From IMG/VR virus record IMGVR_UViG_3300028888_000003: a DNA stretch of 64,000 nucleotides. The stretch is one strand, 5' to 3'. The translations under genes were made by a program, and so were the position numbers. Positions within the stretch are counted from its first letter, which is position 1, and every line of letters begins with the position of its first letter. The notes under the pieces were generated by a model. It did not search any database and was not told the origin of the DNA. It saw nothing but the letters and a program-made list of their open reading frames with translations. Of this stretch, positions 58,343 through 64,000 are shown in pieces. Source of the stretch: a virus. Lineage: Duplodnaviria > Heunggongvirae > Uroviricota > Caudoviricetes.

Positions 58343-61300
58343 TATTTTAATGTAAATTGCACTTTAAAGTAAACTGAAATACATTCGTCTAATATGTCGG
58401 TTCCTCTTACATAGAAATCGTTGTAATTGTTACCCCATTTTGGTCCGCCTCCATTTTCACTAGTTGCTATACCACTATTATTTGGACCTGTTGCATGCTA
58501 TGTATCTGAACAGAATTTAGAATCTAAAATTTTAAATGATGCAAGTAATCCATTATATTGTAAATCACTTGAGTTTTTTGATTTGAGATGATACTATATT
58601 CTATTATCATTCCAAGCATAATGACTATTTTTATACATATTAAAATAACAATAACCTATGTATACATCTTTATCTTTATTAGCAACTATATAAGTTTTTA
58701 TAGTATCATGTCTATCTCCATTATTATTACCATTTTTCCGAGTCCCTGTTTCAAATTCTAATGGATATATTACAGTAGCTTTATTATTAACATAATCTTC
58801 TGAAGCATAATTATAACTATTTAAGTCATTATTTGTTACATAATTACTATGAGTATGCTCTTTTAATGCAAGTTCACCAGAACCACTAGTAGGTAACCAA
58901 AATACTGCATTAGCACCACTTTTAAGCTAAGATACATTATTACTAGTACTATCAGATTTAATCTTAATACCATTTGAATTTGTAAAAGTTTTACATCCAG
59001 AAATTGTCTAATCAATTTTTGTTAGGTATTCGGTATAGGTCTTTGATTTATTATCAGTATCATTAGGATCAATATAAGTATTCCAATTTTTAAGAATTTG
59101 ATTTTTCAATGTGGTAATATCAGACTATAATGCTAATGTATGTGTTCCATTCTACTTTATTGGAAACTAAAAGAAAGCATAACAACCTTCTTGAGCTTTT
59201 AAATATGAAGCTTTCCTATCAGTTGATATAAATTCAATACCTTTTGCATGTGAAAAAGATTTTAAACCCGTAATTTCTTGATCGGTATCTGTAGTAACAT
59301 AATTCTTTGGTATCATTTTTGTTATGTATTCAGTATAAGTTTTTGGTTTATCATCAGTACCATCAGGATCAATATAAGTATTCCAATTTTTAAGAATTGA
59401 TGATTTTAAATTTGTGTTTAAATTTGTAATGTCAGATTGTAATGCTAATACATTATTTATACCGCCAACCTCGGGGAAAAGAAATACAGCATTAGTGTTT
59501 GCTTGAGGTCTTAAATAGGAAACCAAAGTAGAATTTTGTGGCATAAATTGAATACCATCGGGGTGTCTAAAACATTTTTTACCAGTAATTGCTTGATAAG
59601 TTTCTTCACCATTCTCTTTATAAGTTTTTCCTGTAGTAACATAATTAGTTGATAAAGACATGAGACTGGCTATATCTGACTTCTTTATTCCGCTACGCTT
59701 TATAGAATTATCTTTATATATAGCTAAATACTCTGTATTATCATTAGTGCCTTGTTCTATATTCGCTTGTAAGTAATGACTACACTATGCAAATGCATAA
59801 GTGTTTGGATTACTTCCTGTTTGTTCTATATAGATAGGATAAAATTCAGTACCTACAGCTTGAGTAAACCGTATGCATTTATCTAATTTTTCACGAATAT
59901 CTCGATCTGCCCTATCTCTTACTGTCTCTTCATCACTAATTCTCTTCTCAATAGTATGCATCCAATATTTAGAAATACCACTATTAATTGTATCCCACTG
60001 CGCTTGAGTAAAGCTACTATTATTTAACTAATATTCAAAGCGCCAAGTCTCTTCAATTACTTCTTCAGTAGTTGGATGAGTGATTTGTACGAATTTATAA
60101 CGATGACATATAATTTTCTTTCTTTCTTCATCAGTAGTCTTTGCGTTCGTATCGGGCCTTATATTATTATCTTCAAAATCATAAATATCAGAGAACAATA
60201 CATAGTCAAGTTCAGTATCCGGTTCCCAAATTTGCACATAGCAATAGTCATTTTTATCTGGAACCGCGCTGACTTCTACGTATTCCCAAGGCGAACCTTC
60301 TGCGGCAATATTTTGAATCCATTGATAATATTTATCTTCATCGTTATTTTTTACATGGTAAATTCTATTTTCAGAAGCGGCAATTAATTCGGGAATTGGT
60401 AATTTAGTCCAGTCTGCTATATCTACCACATCATTATCAAGAGGATTATTTGAACCTTCTTCTCGTGCTGGCCAGTGATCGTTAACCCAATCATATTGAT
60501 AATATTTGTCATCATCTATAGTATGATAACAACGATTTTTATTGGTGGTCTTTGGTAAACCATTATATGAACCAGCAGTAACAGTGTTACTATCAGCATA
60601 TTTAAGCACATGAGTATTTAACCATGTGGACATTTGATCCCAATCGTTTGGATTAATTTCTTGACCGCCATTATCTTCAAAAGTATACCACACATAAATA
60701 GTATCATTTTCTTGTATACCTTTTTCTTCTATAATAGTCTCATTAATAGGAATGTTTTCGCTATATGTTACTTTATATATTTTTTTAACATCTTGATCCA
60801 AATAATATAACGGAAAACTTTCAGTTGTATTTGGATCGGTTAAATCTACTTCCTCTAATTCTAATTCAGGATCTGTTTTCGCGACATTAACTGTCTTTGG
60901 ATTATAATCTTCAGGAGTAACTACACCACGATAAGTCGCTGTAGCAGTAGCAATTGAAGAATTTACGAAAAATTTATCAGCAAATTCATTCGGAACTACT
61001 TCATTATTAATTACAGCTGAAGTATATAAATTTTCAGGTATGCGCTCATTATGAATTTCACCATGAACATATAAACCATTAAAGGTAGAAAGAGAGCCAT
61101 TCCAGTTACCCCAGAATGTACCGCCTGTTCTGTTTACGTCATTTCCTTGGCTTCCAATAGTAAGAGTATCGCCAAATAATGATTCTCCTTTAACTGCAAG
61201 ACTAATATTGTCAGTTGGCCAAGTCATACCTAAATTTGCAGTTGGTTGACCATCACGCTCAATTGTAACTTTTTCTCTAAACCTTGAATGTTTAAGTACG

Positions 61301-64000
61301 TCAAGTGCGGGATTTGCATCACTATGATCGTCAACTGAATCACCAATTGTTACACGATCACTTAAATCAGAAGTACCGTCAATTTCTAAGTGACCGGCCG
61401 CATATGTATCGCCGTCTTCGGTTATTGCAAAGAGATTTCCCTTTGAGTAGTTTTTACCATCTTCCCTTGTTCCATCTCTATTTGCTTTAATACTGCCACT
61501 ACCAATACCAATATTTTTATTTCTTGTAGCGCTTAACTAACTATCACCATCACCAATTGCAAATATAATTGGTTTATCCTCTTCTTTTATTTCTGTATCT
61601 CCACCGTAATATTTATCAACAGTATGAGTAGTTTTTGCAAGTACACCTTCTAAATGCTAGTATCTTCTGTTGGCAATATTACCTGCACCTTCTACATGCA
61701 CACTTTCTACGCTTGAGTTTGCTGTCTAAGCAACAATATTATTTTTGCCCTCGACATGAGAGAAATTAGCGTCTTCTTTAATTGTATTTTCTGAACCTTC
61801 TGCGTGAGCAGCAGTGGTAGAACTTCCTTCAATTTTATTTAACTCGCCTTCAGCATGATTATAATGTCCAGCTACCGTCTAAGCATAGCCTTCTGCATGT
61901 GAAGCTATACCGCTTACTTCAGATGGTTTTCCGCCAACTTCGCCAAAAAAGTCATTTTCACCATCAAAATATTCAACAAGTTCGGAATAATCACCAAGAC
62001 CTTCAATATGTGATAAAAGACCAGTAGAAGTAACTTTTGTACCAAGTCCTTCTGCGTGGGAGTTAAGAGCGGCCGCAGTAGTGGATTCGCCTTTGGCGTT
62101 AGCATTATTGCCAGAAGCAGTCGTGTTTTTTCCTTCTGCATGGGCATTTGTTCCTTCAGCAATAGTAGATTCGCCTTCTGCATGAGAATTTGTACCAGAA
62201 GCTGTCGTATCTTTACCTTCTGCATGAGCATTTGTTCCACCAGTATATGTTGTTACTCCGCCTGAAGTAGTAATTATTCCTGTTTTTGTGCCGTTACCTT
62301 CAGTATGAGAAGAAGCACCTATTGCGATACTATTTGTACCTTCTGCATGAGCGGCTTGTTTTCTAGCTGTAGTTCCATGACCTTCTGCATGGGAACCTTT
62401 TCCTAAAGCAGTGGTGCTCTAACCTTCTGCATGCGCAGAAGCACCAGAAGCCTCATTATGAGCATCAATAACATTATTACTAGCGTTGAGATCACAGCCA
62501 CCTTCTGCATGGGAAGCCTGACCAGAAGCTACATTTTTATAACCCTCTACATGTGAAATATAACCAGAAGCAATCGCTTGTCTACCTTCTGCATGTGCAT
62601 AGAAATTATTAGCTTCAGTATAATAGCCTTCTGCATGAGAGCTAGTTCCTAGTGCTATAGTTCCTTCGCCTTCTGTATGCGACTAGTTACCTTTTGCTTT
62701 AGTTGAACTACCAGTCGCAACAGCGTTATTACCAGTAGCTTCTACATCAGTACCAACTTCAAGAGAATGTCTACCAATTGTATCATCATCTTGAATACCA
62801 TTTGCGCGAGTACCAACTGTGAGTGAACCATAATCTTGTTTTGAATTATAAATTTCTTCATTATTGTCATTGTATCTATCTGTAATTGGCCTAAATTTAA
62901 CACCATCCCAATAGAAATATGTTCCACCATCATATTCCCCATTTGCTTTAGCAGGATTAGGATCTACAAGTCTATACAAATCAGTAGAAGGCGTATAACT
63001 TTTATCCTCACCAAGCTAATAAACCTTGCCTGTTTTAGGAATTACTCTTATATTCTCTCTATAAGTACAGCTCGACTATCCCGTTGTAATTTGTAAACCA
63101 GATATAAATTGAATATTCCCGTCTGGATTTGCCCTAGCCCTACAATTGGTATATTCACCTTCAAAGGTCTATAGTGTTTCTTCTCCATGTCTATAGTATA
63201 CATCTTGTTCGTTTATATTTCGGTAGATATCTCCAATCTAAAGTTTGTCATTAATTTTAATTTGTTTAAATTTATTATCTTCATAATAAAACTCGGTATA
63301 GTTTGAAGTAATATCATCAGGATCTGTATAAATCCTATATTTCCATCCTTTTATACCTTCAAGCTCTTTATCAGCTTCATAATATAAATGTCCATACCAT
63401 TTATCAACAATTGGTTCTATTCTATTATCAGCTTTCATACAAAAATGACGATACTAAGAATCATTAGAGGCCGGAGTATTATCATTACAGAACCAACAAT
63501 CTTTTAATATTTGAGAATCATCAATTGTAGTAAAATTAGTGAGATTGTCATTTTCATCTCTTTCTGTGCTAGAAGCATTAACTCTATAAATTTGATCATC
63601 GACTTTAAAGAATTTATTTGCTATTTCTTCATCTTGCACATAAGTATGACCTTGTATTTTCGCGCCGTCATGATGTATAGAAAGTGCAAAACCGTGGGTT
63701 TGATGAGTAAGGTTACTACTAAGAGCAGGATCAAAATAATTCTTGTTATCTATAACAGTCTTTTTGATCTCTCTATCGGTGTAGTCTCCAACACCATCTT
63801 CAATAATCATACCTCTATCAGCATTAACTGTAGTATGAGATACAATTTCTTTATACGCTTCAATTGTACCAAAACCAGTACCATAATAAGGATGATCAGG
63901 ATCTTCGGTTTCATCCCAGTCTTCACCGTTATATCTATCTTCACCACGATTAATATAAACTTTAGGATACTATCCGTGATTTGGAATTAAATGGCCGAAA
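58343..64000 (-). CDS. giant tail fibre/adhesin-like protein with Hep_Hag-like repeats (>1880 aa, many in-frame TAGs; 5' end beyond window)
   Basis: 63456/63240/62685/61227/60030/59169 codon positions all congruent mod 3; 59661-60030 checked codon by codon: only TAG interruptions, no TAA/TGA; EATGNNAVATGSSTKAKGN and SHAEG repeats. Confidence 0.5.

Overview
This window reads as a lytic, tailed dsDNA phage segment of low GC content. It has two convergent transcription blocks that meet in a gene-free, repeat-rich junction.

**Early block, 0.4–16 kb, + strand.** About 27 small, independent transcription units. Most are built as intrinsic terminator, then a 17-bp palindrome TAGACGT-N3-ACGTCTA flanked by T5/A5, then a perfect sigma70/sigmaA-type promoter (TTGACA-17-TGnTATAAT), then an RBS and a short ORF ending in TAA or TGA. 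The palindrome occurs 20 times. Several of these promoters drive ORF-less structured transcripts instead of genes. Recognisable products are a MoxR-like AAA+ ATPase, a VWA protein carrying an HExxH motif, a DEDDh 3'-5' exonuclease, and three pairs of paralogous small proteins.

**Junction, 14.2–17.3 kb.** No credible genes. It holds iteron-like 8-mer repeats, a (TA)n tract, a 25-bp perfect palindrome, AT-rich degenerate repeats, bidirectional terminators, and antisense ORF-less transcripts. It is a candidate replication origin or regulatory hub.

**Late block, 17.3–64 kb, minus strand.** Genes are driven by a second, highly conserved promoter class (TTGAYTTTTTT-N10-TGATATAATATATATAG). These genes contain many in-frame TAG codons that must be read as sense. 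An HNH endonuclease motif (NL-TAG-LLCPNCH) and repeat-phase continuity in the fibre genes indicate TAG is read as Gln. TAA and TGA remain stops, and the early genes contain no TAG at all.

Late genes include:
- a SAM methyltransferase;
- an HNH endonuclease;
- an RNA-repair set (RNA ligase, two metallophosphoesterases, a P-loop kinase);
- a nicotinamidase-like hydrolase;
- an SPFH protein;
- PhoH-like and ClpP-like proteins;
- an M23-peptidase/SH3b endolysin, which suggests a Gram-positive host;
- a duplicated two-gene fibre-tip module;
- two very large tail-fibre genes with YadA/Hep_Hag-like SHAEG repeats, the last of which runs off the window edge.

**tRNA array, 20.2–22.8 kb, minus strand.** It contains Gln, Trp, Gly, Asn, Phe, Glu, a Met-like gene, and further tRNA-like pieces. 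A tRNA-Pro(UGG) gene is interrupted in its anticodon loop by about 805 bp that encode a 251-aa endonuclease-like protein.

A recurring GGTCGCGCAGAA motif family sits next to terminators and promoters. A covarying leader hairpin with loop ACCTAC precedes four early genes.
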